Of a stretch of DNA of 64,000 nt, positions 13,581-26,560 are shown piece after piece. This DNA is from Eledone cirrhosa (lineage: Eukaryota). Each line of letters starts with the position of its first letter. Position 1 is the stretch's first letter. Position numbers and translations under genes: made by a program. Under the pieces are notes generated by a model. It searched no databases, was not told the origin of the DNA, and saw only the letters and a program-made list of their open reading frames with translations. Where the stretch lies: NCBI GenBank assembly GCA_964016885.1, contig OZ024760.1, positions 21,948,001 through 22,012,000 of the forward strand. Direction: 5' to 3'.

Positions 13581-13914
13581 AAATGCCGATGACAGTAAAA
13601 AAAATGATTGCTAATCTTTGAGGCGAGTTTCTGTCGTTGTATAAAGATTATGTTGAGTGTTATCGTATAAGACGCATGACGAGGAGAAACTGATTTGATT
13701 TAGTAAAGAAAATAATAATTATAAGCGGTGTGACATATCATAATGACATTTGAGCAGATATACAATTACATTGGGAAGATACACACACACACACATATAT
13801 TTACATGCACACATACACAGACATACATACATACATACATACACACACATATATATATATAGTTATATTGCAAATATATGTATTTATATATATATATATA
13901 TATATGTATTCAAA

Positions 13915-13957
<43 letters not shown>

Positions 13958-14380
13958 AAATATATATATATATTTCTCTCTCTATATATATATAGTGTTA
14001 TATTGCAAATATTTGTATATATAGATATACATATGTATATGTATACATGTATATAAAATGTATGTTATATATATATATATGTTATATCTATGTATATATA
14101 TATATATATATTTGTATAAGTATGTATATATACAAACACACACACACACATTCTCTCTCTCACACACACACTCTCACACGCACACACACATATATATATA
14201 TATATATGTATATATGCAACATTGTAAAAAAAAGATGGCGTTACAATGGAAGATTCAATGATTTAAGACAAGATGGCATTCTGGGAATCTTCATGGAAGT
14301 CTTTGTGTGAATTTATAGTTTTACTGTCTCTTTTGTAATTCTCCCTTGCTGCAATACACACACACACTCACATATGTATG

Positions 14381-14413
<33 letters not shown>

Positions 14414-14537
14414 ATGTATAAATATATCAGGCTCCTTATGTTTAAGTTGCTTGAAGTTGAGTATATCCTTAAGAAAAGATTTTTTTATATACCCTTCAGT
14501 GATTTGTATAAGATACTCTCACTCTCTCTCTCCTTGT

Positions 14538-14580
<43 letters not shown>

Positions 14581-14619
14581 CGTATATATATATATATACA
14601 TTATAAACCTATATATATA

Positions 14620-15025
14620 TATATATATACATGCATATATACATATACATATATATATGCATATACATATATATATGCATACATACAGATACATATATAT
14701 ATATATATATATATATACATACATACATACATACACATATGCATACATACAGATATATATATATATGCATACATACATACAGATACATATATATATGCAT
14801 ACATACAGATACATATGCATACATACAGATACATATATATATGCATACATACAGATACATATATATATGCATACATACAGATACATATATATATGCATAC
14901 ATACAGATACATATATATATGCATACATACAGATACATATATATATGCATACATACAGATACATATATATATGCATACATACAGATACATATATATATGC
15001 ATACATACAGATACATATATATATA

Positions 15026-15061
<36 letters not shown>

Positions 15062-15171
15062 CATATATATACATACATATATACATATATATACATACAT
15101 ATATACATATATATACATACATATATATATATACATACATATATATATATACATACATATATATATATATA

Positions 15172-15206
<35 letters not shown>

Positions 15207-15590
15207 GCACATACATATATACATACATTATATATATACATACATTATATACATACATTATATATATATATACATTATATATATATACATTATATATATA
15301 CATTATATATATATACATTATATATATACATTATATATATACATTATATATATATACATTATATATATATACATTATATATATATACATTATATATATAT
15401 ACATTATATATATATACATTATATATATATACATTATATATATATACATTATATATATATACATTATATATATATACATTATATATATATACATTATATA
15501 TATACATACATATATATATATATATATACATATACATACATTATATATATATATACAAATACATTATATATATATATATATATATATATA
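14620..15590. repeat. TA-derived minisatellites (about 26-bp atatatatgcatacatacagatacat and about 15-bp tacattatatatata units)
   Basis: Direct periodicity. Confidence 0.9.
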
Positions 15591-15987
15591 ATTATATTTA
15601 TTTATGCTCATACAAGCTAGTTTACGAAAATAAACAACAACAACTACAACAAAAAACAACAACGTATAATCACAAAGGGAAATAACTCCAAGAATAGATA
15701 TAACGGAAGTATATAAATCAAATTAAGTTGGTTGAAAATCAGTATTTCCACTTAGCAAACAATTGGGTTTGTGATAATACGTTTTTTCGTAAAATGGAGT
15801 TTTTAGCAAGTATTACTTTTAAGGGTATCTCACAAACTCATAATAACGCCCGAAGATTACAATTTTGATCACATTTGTATTCTGTAGGTGTTGTCAATAT
15901 TGTGCTATGAATCCTTGGCGTAGCGACATTGTTTCGTATATGAACATAAATAAATGTTTCTACTTTATGGCACAAGGCCAGCAATTA

Positions 15988-16023
<36 letters not shown>

Positions 16024-16060
16024 ATTAAATAAATGGAAACTATATTTATAAAACCATATT

Positions 16061-16126
16061 TATTTCGTTATATATATTTCAGGGATATCATATTAACAAT
16101 ATGTTATGCCATCTTCAGACAAAATA
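16061..16126 (-). ncRNA. Type-I hammerhead motif (family B, CTGAAGA core)
   Basis: Mirror of 16275-16340; differs at the variable N7 position. Confidence 0.75.
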
Positions 16127-16274
16127 CAATATAAACAGTCTTATAAATAAATAGATACGACATACCTTTCAATCACCTTGCATTTGGGATGTTCTACCAA
16201 ATCAACCTCCCAAATGCAAGGTGATTGAAAGGTATGTCGTATCTATTTATTTATTTATAAGACTGTTTATATTG

Positions 16275-16340
16275 TATTTTGTCTGAGGATGGCATAATAT
16301 ATTGTTAATATGATATCCCTGAAATATATATAACGAAATA
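16275..16340 (+). ncRNA. Type-I hammerhead motif (family B, CTGAGGA core)
   Basis: TATTTTGT-CTGAGGA-..-GAAA-TATATA-TA-ACGAAATA. Confidence 0.75.
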
Positions 16341-16438
16341 AATATGGTTTTATAAATATAGTTTCCATTTATTTAATATCATAAATATACTCCAAATACT
16401 TGTTGAGTGCTTTTATATCAGTTATAAAATATAACTTT

Positions 16439-16486
<48 letters not shown>

Positions 16487-16521
16487 AAGTCAACAAAGAT
16501 TAAACAACAGTAGAAAATAAA

Positions 16522-16705
16522 TGTTTCTACTTTATGGCACAAGGCCAGCAATTATTCCAGTGTATTACTGCTACTTTATTTTGTCGACCTCGTAAGGATG
16601 AAAGGAAAAGTTAACCTCGGCGGGATTTGAACTCAGATCGTAAAGGGAGGTAACTCCATGCTGCAAAGCACGGCGCCCGACCCTCCACCGGTACTACCAA
16701 TCCAA
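16522..16705 (-). mobile_element. SINE family 1
   Basis: Reverse-complement match to 6622-6814. Confidence 0.9.
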
Positions 16706-17085
16706 ATTCAGCACCGTTTTCCTCTAATTCCACTCTATCTCTTTGAAATAGAAATGTAAGACTAGAAAAAGAAGAATCTCAAAAAAAAAAAAAAAAAAAA
16801 AAATCGATGGTCATTGAGGAGGTCACAGATTGGTGTGACGAATGACCGTTTTTGGAAGAATAGAGATAAAGTGAAATTTATTTGTTGTGTGTGTTTAATT
16901 AACAAAATGACCATCCCGAAATATCACAATATCTATATCCCTCCCTCCACTCTCACAAAGCGTGAAACTAATAACACTATGTATAAACAATAAAAATTTT
17001 TTTTTTTTTTGCATAGACTGTCTGCCCATATATGGACTATACCCATTGAGGAGTTCAGCTAGATTCCTGCCACTCAAATACTGGT

Positions 17086-17140
17086 GCTTTAGTTCGGATC
17101 TAACCGTCGAAACAGCCGGAGTTGAGCCGTCGGGGCTCTG
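17086..17140 (+). mobile_element. Family A short fragment
   Basis: ttagttcggatctaaccgtcgaaacagccggagttgagccgtcgggg. Confidence 0.75.
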
Positions 17141-17399
17141 AATCTTTTCATATACTTACACATATATATACATACATACATACATACATATATATATATA
17201 CACATATATACATATATATACGCATATGTGTGTGTCTGTGTATGTGTGTTTACATAGATACAGGAACACAATTGTTATTTTTAAACTAATTTATATGCAC
17301 AAATATGCTTAAGAATACATAACTCGGATATTATTCCACGCTATATATAGACATACATAGCTACATACAACCACACACACATACACACACACATACAAC

Positions 17400-17431
<32 letters not shown>

Positions 17432-17709
17432 GAAAGAGAGAGAGAGAGAGAGAGACATACACATATAATGTATATATACAAATGCACGCACAAACATTTT
17501 TACATAAATTATACGTACATATATATATGTACACACACACAAACACACATATATATATCTTCCTTCTTTCTTTTTCCTTTTTTTCCTCTCTTCTATTCCT
17601 TTTCCCTTCTTTCCTTTTCTTCATTTTTCCTATTTTTCTCTTACTCGTCATATGTACAATGGACACTTTCCTGTTGACAGGTGTTTTTAGGCCTCATATC
17701 ATGTTACCT

Positions 17710-17776
17710 TATTTTATCTGATGAGAACCCAATTTTTGTCCTAGGATGATGTTTTCGAAATGCGCATAATAGAATA
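17710..17776 (+). ncRNA. Type-I hammerhead motif (family C) within an element at about 17640-17900
   Basis: TATTTTAT-CTGATGA-GAA..TTC-GAAA-TGCGCA-TA-ATAGAATA. Confidence 0.75.
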
Positions 17777-17900
17777 TATGAAACTTCTTTAACCATCTTT
17801 TAATTTTTTCTTTAATATATACTCCAGTTCTACCAACTGTTGAGTGCTACTTATCTGATATATGCATAGTTTTATTGTTCTACAATATTACTCACCTTCT

Positions 17901-17949
<49 letters not shown>

Positions 17950-18110
17950 TGCGCATAGGCTACAGAAGGTCCCTGGCGAATCATAAATATATATGTATGT
18001 ATATATATATATATAGAAAAAAAATATATATATACCCATGCTACAGATGGTAACTGGCAAATCATATATATATATATATGTATATATAAAAAAATATATA
18101 TATATATATA

Positions 18111-18333
18111 CGATATTAAATAAATGGAAACTATATTTATAAAACCATATTTATTTCATTATATATATTTCAGGGATATCATATTAAAAATATGGTATGC
18201 CTTCATCAGACAAAATACAATATAGTTTCCATTTATTTAATATCGTAAATATACTCCAAATACTTGTTGAGTGCTTTTATATCAGTTATAAATATTTACT
18301 CGTTGTAACCCAACAATTTAAATAAAACTTTGC
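18111..18333 (+). mobile_element. Family B fold-back with truncated long arm
   Basis: Inverted arm 18111-18222 then tatagtttccatttatttaatatcg plus tail. Confidence 0.88.
18152..18217 (-). ncRNA. Type-I hammerhead motif (family B, canonical CTGATGA)
   Basis: Minus: TATTTTGT-CTGATGA-AGGCATACCATATT ttt AATATGATATCCCT-GAAA-TATATA-TA-ATGAAATA. Confidence 0.82.
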
Positions 18334-18414
18334 ATATATATATATATATATAAAAATATATATATACCCATGCTACAGATGGCAAATCATATATATATAT
18401 ATGTTATTATTCAT

Positions 18415-18736
<322 letters not shown>

Positions 18737-19384
18737 ATATATATATATATACATATATATATGTATATATATATGTATGTATATCTGTATGTACATATAG
18801 TATATACAGACATCGTATTATATACCCTTGCGGTTAATAAAGAAAGCATTATATATATGCCAGATGTTACAACCGAAAACAAAAGGAGTTTCTCGGTCTC
18901 GTGACACCCATCCCAACCCCACCCTCTACACCCTCTCATATATCCTCCTTCCCACCTGCTGTCCCTAATTCCAGATACATCTCCAACGCCGCCGCCCCAA
19001 TCACACCATGTAACAAATCTGCCGCCACCTCACTCAGGTAAAAAAATAAAAAAAACAAAATAAACCAAAATAAAATAACTAAATAAATAAATTGGGTAGG
19101 AAACAATATCGATTATTGATCTTATTTTTCTAATAATCGGTGGACAGATTTTACTGGCAAAAACCAACTGGCATGAGGGAGACCCTAGGATAGACACCCC
19201 GTGCAAGATGGGTCGATATGATCCATGAGCTTGGCTGGTCTCAGTTGGGAATCCAGCCGGATCGCAGCGAAACACAACGTTGTATTTTATGTCCGCCGCT
19301 CTATCGCTTTTCTATCGATTATCCACTGCTTGTATTAATGGTTTCTCATGTAGACACAAGAGCAGCAATTTTGAATGAAGGAGA

Positions 19385-19510
19385 TTGCAGTTCCAATAAG
19401 AGATCACAGCTCCAATACTATGGCCATGTGGTTAAGATGTCTCAGGAAAGAATCACTGGACAGATTTGTAGCTCGGCGATCAGAGAATCATTCCAGGTAG
19501 AGCAGCTACA
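19385..19510 (+). pseudogene. Scrambled RTE-clade ORF remnant
   Basis: Peptides RSQLQYYGHVVKMSQERITGQI and SSAIRESFQVEQL resemble the post-RT region of RTE LINEs. Confidence 0.55.
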
Positions 19511-19729
19511 TACACACATGGTGGCTGCCAACTCGTTTTCGAGTACGGCCACTACTTTATATCCATGTAGGAGAACCCCTACCGATGCGCTGAACAAGTG
19601 TGATTTTTTAGTCCAGCCAGCAACTTGAAAACTCTGGTACAAACACTACACTTGAGACAATTATTGACACACAGTGCTGGGCCCATGGTACCATGTGACG
19701 ACAAGGGCAGAGAGATCTCCAGATATAAA

Positions 19730-20100
19730 GCAATGCCTGTGCCGTGAAGCTTTTATAGTGAGCAAAGGCACTGCACAAAGCCAGGCCCACTCTCTTAACC
19801 AAGATGATATTTACCAAAAAGAAGAACAAGTCAACATCATTGGATACCATCAGGGTTGCAGGTGTTATATCAGAGTTTTCCTTCTCCTAGACAAAGGCTA
19901 AGGGGTCATCTCTCCCGGTGATTTTGGATGGCCATTGACTCTTAAGAGCTCCTTTGCCCTTTGACAGGTTTTGTTTTAGTAATATATATGTCCAAAGTCA
20001 CCCTCCTCACCAAGAAACCTTGGTGGGGTTGCCAGTTTAGTCGCCAACGACCCGACCATGGGACAGGTTGTACTGGGATACATGTTACCAGTAGCAGCAA
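19730..20100 (-). mobile_element. Repeat resembling an RTE 5' UTR
   Basis: Reverse-complement homologue of 22490-23030. Confidence 0.75.
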
Positions 20101-20359
20101 CTGGTGACCTGACATATCAAACATACATACATATATACATACATACATAAGTATATATATATACACACACACATATATATACATAAAATAGGTAATTATA
20201 ATGTAGTTACTTGACTATCTTTTGGTGACATATGAACACACACACACACATATATATATACACACAGAGGCTGTCACCAAAAAGTGTTTGCACACTTCAA
20301 ATGCATTCGAAAGTATATGTGTATATATCTTTTGACACACTCTATATCTATCTATCTAT

Positions 20360-20922
20360 AAAAATATATATATAAATATATATATATAAATATAAAAATA
20401 TATAAATATATATATATAAAAATATATAAATATATAAAAAATATATATATAAAAAAAATAAATATAAAAATATATATAAATATATATATATATATAAAAA
20501 TATATATAAATATAAAAATATATATAAATATATATATATATATTTATTAAATATATAAATATATATATATATAAAAAAATAAATATAAAAATATAAATAT
20601 ATATATATATTTATTAAATATATAAATATATATATATAAAAATATATAAATATATATATATATAAAAAATAAATATAAATATAAAAATATATATAAATAT
20701 GTATATATATATATATATATATAAAAATATATATAAATATATATATATATATAAATATATATATATATAAAAAAATATATATATAAATATATATTTATTA
20801 AATATATAAATATATATATATAAAAATATATAAATATATATAAAAATATATATATATATAAAATATATATATATATATATAAAAAAATATATATAAATAT
20901 AAAAATATATATAAATATATAT
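20360..20922. repeat. (TA)n/TAAA compound microsatellite
   Basis: Direct inspection. Confidence 0.9.
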
Positions 20923-21032
20923 ATTGTTATACTTGGGGATGGTTATATTTGCGTAATATTGCCAGAATTAATAACAGAACATTGACCCTCCCCAAGTATA
21001 ACGATTTCATATAAAAAACCTCGCTAAACTAA
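20923..21032 (+). mobile_element. Family J short fold-back
   Basis: ttgttatacttgggga / tccccaagtataacga; homologous to 58310-58792. Confidence 0.8.
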
Positions 21033-21107
21033 ATATATATATATATAAAATATTAAACAAATAATGAATAAAACAATGAAACAGTTCCTTATATTAAACA
21101 AAAAAAG

Positions 21108-21262
21108 TTCATTATTTAACGATCGTTTCTAGGATATATATGTGTTAGAATTGGCATGCATATTCAACAGATCTATGTACAAAATTATACAAAATTATAC
21201 AAACTATCAAGATTAAATATACATACCAAACACACATATACGCCGTCTTCAGAAATAATGAA
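21108..21262 (-). ncRNA. Type-I hammerhead motif, extended stem II (family F)
   Basis: Mirror of 21273-21427. Confidence 0.72.
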
Positions 21263-21272
21263 ATATTCATAT

Positions 21273-21427
21273 TTCATTATTTCTGAAGACGGCGTATATG
21301 TGTGTTTGGTATGTATATTTAATCTTGATAGTTTGTATAATTTTGTATAATTTTGTACATAGATCTGTTGAATATGCATGCCAATTCTAACACATATATA
21401 TCCTAGAAACGATCGTTAAATAATGAA
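21273..21427 (+). ncRNA. Type-I hammerhead motif, extended stem II (family F)
   Basis: TTCATTATTT-CTGAAGA-long hairpin (TTGGTATGTATATTTAA/TTGAATATGCATGCCAA)-GAAA-CGATCG-TT-AAATAATGAA; perfect 10-bp stem I. Confidence 0.72.
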
Positions 21428-21792
21428 CTTTTTTTGTTTAATATAAGGAACTGTTTCATTGTTTTATTCATTATTTGTTTAATATTTTATCTTGACTGTA
21501 TACCGTTTATCTTTCACCGAAAGTGATTTTTCATTACATCTCTTCTTTCCATGATATCCGGAATACATTGAGTTCTTCATACGGATTGGACACTACCGTA
21601 AACTCTTGGTAGATTTATCTACATATATATATATATATAAATATATATATATATTAAATATATAAATAAATATATATATATATATTAAATATATAAATAT
21701 ATAAATATATATATATATATTAAATATATAAATATATAAATATATATATATATATTAAATATATAAATATATAAATATATATATATATATTA

Positions 21793-21843
<51 letters not shown>

Positions 21844-22042
21844 TAAATATATATCTATATATATATATATATATAAATATATATATATATAAATATTAAA
21901 TATATAAATATATATATATATGTATATTAAATATATAAATATATATATATATAAATATTAAATATATAAATATATATATACTAAATATATAAATATATAT
22001 ATATATATTAAATATATAAATATATATATATATATATATTAA

Positions 22043-22087
<45 letters not shown>

Positions 22088-22489
22088 CCTATATATATGT
22101 AAAGATCGATACCTATATATATGTAAAGATCGATAGCAATTATTTTTCACGACCAATCTGACATATCTAATCGAACCTTCGCCATCTTATTGACCACCAA
22201 TGGCGACAGACTGAGCTGTGACAATTATATGCTTTATCTGTTGCATACCTTACACATATTTCACCTACGATGTATGTGTGTGTGTGTTTGTAGGTGTATA
22301 TAAATATATATATGTGTGTGTGTGTGTATATATATGTATGTATATGTGCGTGTATATATGCGTGCGTATATATATCTGTGTGTATATAAGCATGTGCATA
22401 AATGTATGTATGTATATATGTATGCATGTATGTATGTCTATGCATGCATTTATGTATGTATGTATATATATGTATATATATATGTATGT

Positions 22490-23030
22490 CGGGTCAATCT
22501 TGAGAGCTACTGGTAACATGGAACCCAGTACAACCTGTCGCATGGGTCGTCGGCGACTAAACCGGCAACCCCACCAAGTTTACTTGGTGAGGAGGGTGAT
22601 TTTGGACACCCTGCAGGACAAAAGACAAAACCTGACAAAGGGCGGAAGAACTCATAAGAGTCAACGGCCATCCAAATGTGTGTAAATATGTATATACACA
22701 AGTAGATATGTATGTATATGTGTGTATATATATGGGTGCATGTGGATGTATATGCACGGGGACATAGAATTAGTCGAGCTGGACACCCGATCGCACGTTT
22801 AAACTACTGGGAGTGAAGGACCCCTAGCCTTTGTCAAGGCATTCTTCTAGGAGAAGACAACTCAGGAAACTGGGATAACTCCGATATAAAACATGCGGCT
22901 CAGTAGTTACCGATGATGTTGATCTTTTCTTCTTTTCGGGTTATAGCTACTGTCGCTCAGAGAGTGGGATTGGCTCAGTGCACAGTCTTTCCTCACTTTA
23001 AAAAATATCTTCCCGCACAGGCATTGCATG
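22490..23030 (+). mobile_element. Repeat resembling an RTE 5' UTR
   Basis: Recurs at 19730-20100, 24180-24353 and 38355-38455; directly fused to an RTE 3' end at 24355. Confidence 0.7.
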
Positions 23031-23042
23031 AAAGAATTAATT

Positions 23043-23250
23043 AATTGTTTCTACTTTAGGCACAAGGCCAGCAATTACATAGTGCATTACTGGTACTTTA
23101 TATTATCGACCCCGTAAGGATGAAAGGCAAAGTCAACCTCGGCGGGATTTGAACTCAGATCGTAAAGGGACGTAACTATGCTGGAAAGCATGGCGTCCGA
23201 CCCTCTACCGATACTGCCAATCCACCGCCCCTAGAATTAATTAATAATTA
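23043..23250 (-). mobile_element. SINE family 1, full length, with probable TSD agaattaattaat
   Basis: Complete head to tail; agaattaattaat at about 23033 and 23253. Confidence 0.92.
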
Positions 23251-23574
23251 CGATAGAATTAATTAATAATTATTAATAATGGTATATCATGCAATGTCCA
23301 TACTCGATAACGAGGGGGCAGCCATCATATATATGTATGCTTGTATGTATGTATATACATTTGTATGCATATATGTATACATTTGTATGCATATATGTAT
23401 ACATGTATGCATGTATACATGTATGTATGTATGAATATGTACATGTATGTATACTTATGCGTGCATATGATTGTATGTAGGCATTACGCGTGTGTATATG
23501 TATCTATGTACTGATGTGTGTAGACGGTCTACCAATATAGAGTCTCTTATATTTCAACATATACAGTGGGTTGC

Positions 23575-23735
23575 ATTAAAAAAGCATACTGCAGGAGATG
23601 AAGATATCGTAGAATGGTTGGGAGGATCTCGCTCTCGATAGACTTTCCTGGAGAAAGGCAGTGCATGACGGGAAGGTAGAATTTGAGAGAAACAACGTTG
23701 AGCATGAACAGTTCAAGCTGTGTGCTCGTAAGGGC
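23575..23735 (+). pseudogene. RTE/BovB-like ORF C-terminal remnant
   Basis: Reads KSILQEMKIS*NGWEDLALDRLSWRKAVHDGKVEFERNNVEHEQFKLCARK, matching the WEDLA.DR..WR motif. Confidence 0.7.
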
Positions 23736-23799
23736 CTTGAGTGTGGTTTGTCTAAGTATCTTGGCATGAAGTTTGATTTAACCTGTAAAGAACGCGGCT

Positions 23800-24142
23800 G
23801 GTTATGCTGAGGATGGCTCTGAACATTAATCAGTATACACTGAGGATGAAGCCCCCAGAGCTGTATGGGAGCCTCCCAAAAGTCAGCTCCAAAGTGACAG
23901 AGAGGAGACTGAGGTTAGCTGGACATGCTCACCGACATCCAGAGTTGACATTGCACTCAGTGCTCCTGTGGGAGCCCCTGCATGGGCACACTGGAAAAGA
24001 AAGACCGAGGTTAACATATGTTGATGCCCTAAGGACAGACACTGGTCTGTTGGAGACGCAGGACATGGCAGCGATAATGAGGGACAGAGACCGCTGGAGA
24101 GAACTAGTCCATGGATCTCGGAAATTTTACCCGCTCTAGATA
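23800..24142 (+). pseudogene. RTE-clade LINE 3' end (post-RT domain)
   Basis: MLRMALN..ELYGSLPKVSSKVTERRLRLAGHAHRHPE..LLWEP.HG...RPRLTYVD.L..DTGL....DRDRWR. Confidence 0.85.
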
Positions 24143-24179
24143 TATACATACACAAACACACACACATATATATATATAG

Positions 24180-24373
24180 GCGGAAGAACTCATAAGAGTC
24201 AAAGGCCATCCAAAAGTGTGTAAATATGTATATAGACATGTACCGCACGGTTAAACCACTGGGAGTTAAGGACCCCTAGCCTTTGTCAGGGCATTCTTCT
24301 AGGAGAAGGCAACTCAGGAAACTGGGATAACTCCGATATAAAACCTGCGGCTCAGAATTTTACCCGCCTTAGA
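24180..24373 (+). mobile_element. Bipartite RTE derivative (5' UTR-like segment fused to 3' tip)
   Basis: Matches parts of 22641-22903, then gaattttacccgccttaga. Confidence 0.7.
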
Positions 24374-24544
24374 TGTCTAAGTAGGGCAGGCTTCAGAAGT
24401 TATCAGAGAAGCCAAGTACACTGGGGAACCTTCAACTGTGCCATGTATGTCATTTCTGTTTGTGGGGAGTAGTGGAAAATAGTGTCCCAGTTGGTGGACT
24501 GAACCTTATTTGAAAGTGCACCAAAACAGGACTTTAACACCAAC

Positions 24545-24680
24545 TGTGAGAGCCCTCGATTGTTGCAACATCTGTGCAACAGAGTGCATGTCCTTAGCAG
24601 GATTAAAATGCCACGGACGTGCTGCTCATGTTTAAGTATCAAGCGATAGCATTATTCGAAATCGAACTGCACCCATCATG
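24545..24680 (+). pseudogene. RTE/BovB-like terminal C2H2 zinc-finger remnant and 3' UTR
   Basis: Reads CNICATECMSLAGLKCHGRAAHV*; 3' part matches 38510-38587. Confidence 0.6.
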
Positions 24681-24741
24681 TATGTATATCTGTGATCTAT
24701 GTATTAATGTGTACGTACGTCTCCCCCCCCTCTCTCCGTTT

Positions 24742-24803
<62 letters not shown>

Positions 24804-24846
24804 ATAATAAATGTGAAGAGTAAAATCCGAAGAGGGTTGGATAAGG

Positions 24847-24908
<62 letters not shown>

Positions 24909-25036
24909 TGTAGAGCAAATATTTATTATAAGAACAGATTAAAATTTAAGCAAAAAAAAATCGATGCTTTCACCATTATATATATGTAAGTGTGTGTGTG
25001 TGTGTGTGTGTGTTTGTAAGCTCATACATACATGCT

Positions 25037-25069
<33 letters not shown>

Positions 25070-25105
25070 GCATACATAAATGTAACGCCTAGCTATGTGT
25101 TCATG

Positions 25106-25151
<46 letters not shown>

Positions 25152-25193
25152 TAGATAGATAGATGTGTATATATATATATATATATATACACA

Positions 25194-25231
<38 letters not shown>

Positions 25232-25279
25232 TGTGTATATATATATATATACATCTATATATATATATATATATATAGA

Positions 25280-25333
<54 letters not shown>

Positions 25334-25445
25334 CACAACATCTGTTATTTTCGGCTTCTATCTCTTTACGCTTGACAAGAAAAGACATTTCCGTAAATTT
25401 TCTTATTTTAATGAAATGGATGTTGAAACAAAAAGACCAAGTATA

Positions 25446-25477
<32 letters not shown>

Positions 25478-25495
25478 TATATGTATCTATATCTA

Positions 25496-25524
<29 letters not shown>

Positions 25525-25526
<2 letters not shown>

Positions 25527-26090
25527 TATGAAGAGAGAAGAAACATTAGATATAATTAGTAATAATATATATCATACCTAAGCTGCTTCTATAGTCCCCG
25601 ACTACGTAGTTTCGTGGCATATTATGCAAAAACACTAAATCATAGAGATATAGAGTTTTTGTGGTATTTTTCTCAGGGTTATAAGGGGCTTAGCTCTGTT
25701 TCTTGACCGCTGTATCATGTGATTGACTCCCCCTCCGCCTTTTCGGGTTTCTATCTCGCGCATCACAGACGTATTTTGAAACCCTTAATGAGGTATCCCC
25801 TTGATAAGTCGGCAGACCTCACAAAAAAACTCTATATCTCTATGATTTAGTGTTTTTGCATAATATGCCACGAAACTACGTAGTCGGGGACTATAGAAGC
25901 AGCTTAGGTATGATATGTATTATTACTAATTATATCTAATGTTTCTTCTCTCTTCATAATGTATTATATAGCTCTGATACTGAATCAGTCTAATCCATTC
26001 GGATGGGTTTGTCCCAGTTAGTCATAGAGCAACATCGGTTGAGGTTGGTACCACAAACTCAGGGATGTATCTGGATATATTCATGTATAT
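25525..26090 (+). mobile_element. Family G fold-back element
   Basis: Arms about 25525-25659 and 25825-25960, spacer about 165 bp; tail end approximate. Confidence 0.85.
25796..25890 (+). ncRNA. Hammerhead motif with mutated core (family G)
   Basis: TCCCC-TTGATAA-GTCGGCA..TGCCAC-GAAA-CTACGTAG-TC-GGGGA. Confidence 0.6.
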
Positions 26091-26512
26091 GTATGTGTCC
26101 GCATGTATCTGTGTGTTTCTCTCTATATATTGTGTGTGTATATATATACACATACATACATAAATACATACATACACACAGACACACATATATATCTGTA
26201 TATATATATATATACATATATACATACATACACACAGACACATATATATATCTGTATATATATATATATACATATATACATAAATACATACATACACACA
26301 TATATATATGTGTATATATATATATACATATATACATAAATACATACATACACACATATATATGTATATATATATATACATATATACATACATATAGACA
26401 CATATATGTATATATATATGTACATATATACATAAATACATACATACAGACACACATATATGTATATATATATATTTATGTATATACATACATACACACA
26501 CAGGCACAGATA

Positions 26513-26560
<48 letters not shown>

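Larger units (their letters stand above)
16021..16440 (+). mobile_element. Family B fold-back element
   Basis: Arms about 16021-16189 and 16208-16380; tail to 16440; TA-flanked. Confidence 0.92.
21045..21622 (+). mobile_element. Family F: apparently perfect palindrome with about 222-bp arms and a 2-nt loop, plus about 130-bp tail
   Basis: 21045-21266 mirrors 21269-21490; the ORF track shows mirrored ORFs on both strands. Confidence 0.95.
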
